Shown here: piece by piece, positions 62,916-64,000 of the stretch | Position numbering within the stretch: the first letter of the stretch is position 1 | How the letters are laid out: every line of letters begins with the position of its first letter | DNA from: Squalus acanthias | Taxonomy: Eukaryota | Assembly (NCBI GenBank): GCA_030390025.1 | Contig: CM059425.1 | Coordinates: 172,486,001 to 172,550,000 of the forward strand | DNA: 64,000 bases | Direction: 5' to 3' | Translations under genes and position numbers: made by a program | Notes under the pieces: model-generated | What the model saw: only the letters and a program-made list of their open reading frames with translations | Database searches by the model: none | Told to the model about the DNA's origin: nothing

Positions 62916-64000
62916 CGGGTAGGGCCGGTCAAGGACAGTAGTGGGAACTTGTGCATGGAGTCAGAAGAGATAGGAGAGGTGATGAATGAATACTTTTCGT
63001 CAGTGTTCACCGAGGAGAGGGGCCATGTTCTTGAGGATGAGAGTGTGATAAAGGTGGATAGGCTGGAGGTGGTAGATGTTCTGAGGGAAGATGTTTTAGC
63101 AATTTTGAAGAACCTGAGGGTCGATAAGTCCCCTGGGCCAGATGGGATATATCCTAGGATTCTTTGGGAGGCAAGGGAGGAGATTGCAGAGCCTCTGGCT
63201 TTGATCTTTGGGTCCTCACTGTCCACGGGGATGGTGCCAGAGGACTGGAGAGTGGCGAATGTTGTTCCTCTCTTCAAGAAAGGAAATAGGAATGACCCTG
63301 GTAATTATAGGCCGGTTAGTCTTACTTCGGTGGTTGGTAAGATAATGGAAAAGGTCCTGAGGGATAGGATTTATGACCATTTGGAAAGGGGCAACTTAAT
63401 CAGGGATAGTCAACACGGATTCGTGAAGGGTAAGTCTTGCCTAACAAATTTGATTGAATTCTTTGAGGAGGTAACTAAGTGTGTAGATGAAGGTAGAGCA
63501 GTTGATGTCGTATACATGGATTTTAGTAAGGCGTTTGATAAGGTTCCCCATGGTCGTCTCATGAAGAAAGTAAGGAGTTGTGGGATAGAGGGAAATTTGG
63601 CCGATTGGATAAGTAACTGGCTAACTCATAGAAGGCAGAGGGTGGTGGTGGATGGAACATTTTCGGACTGGAGACCAGTTACCAGCGGTGTGCCACAGGG
63701 GTCGGTGCTGGGTCCTCTGCTGTTTGTGATTTTTATCAATGACTTGGAGGAGGGGACTGAAGGGTGGATCAGTAAATTTGCTGATGACACCAAGATTGGT
63801 GGAGTAGTGGATGAGGTGGAGGGCAGTTGTAGGCTGCAAAGAGACATTGATAGGATGCAGAGCTGGGCCGAAAAATGGCAGATGGAATTTAACCCTGATA
63901 AGTGCGAGGTGATTCATTTTGGTAGGGCAAATTTGAATAAGGATTACAGGGTCAACGGCAGGGTTCTGAGGAACGTGGAGGAGCAGAGGGATCTGGGGGT
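62916..64000 (+). mobile_element. Young CR1 RT region running off the window end
   Basis: [42 protein letters not shown]. Confidence 0.92.

Overview
Eukaryotic (vertebrate) genomic DNA. The repeat complement suggests a cartilaginous fish, which is an inference. The window holds the 3' part of one host gene on the minus strand: a Praja-type RING-H2 E3 ubiquitin ligase (PJA2-like). Four coding exons (15539-15647, 9918-10032, 8493-8608, 3941-4069) splice in frame at GT-AG sites and lead into an AT-rich 3' UTR. I found no further exon above 15647, so the rest is probably one large intron. It is filled with transposons: many CR1 LINEs (one near full length with a zinc-finger/esterase ORF1), L2 fragments, tRNA-derived SINEs, PIF/Harbinger remnants and MITE-like derivatives, plus a 2.3-kb polypurine tract; a 36-bp minisatellite lies in the last intron. 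Most ORFs in the supplied track are TE debris or repeat artefacts. The most interesting signal is two families of short non-coding insertions flanked by 11-15 bp target duplications that carry minimal type I hammerhead ribozyme motifs (cores at 949-987, 5623-5660, 6481-6516, 52246-52284). They resemble Penelope-like/retrozyme-type elements, and two cores lie in sense orientation in the last PJA2 intron. The class is known; whether these families are described or catalytically active cannot be determined from the sequence alone.
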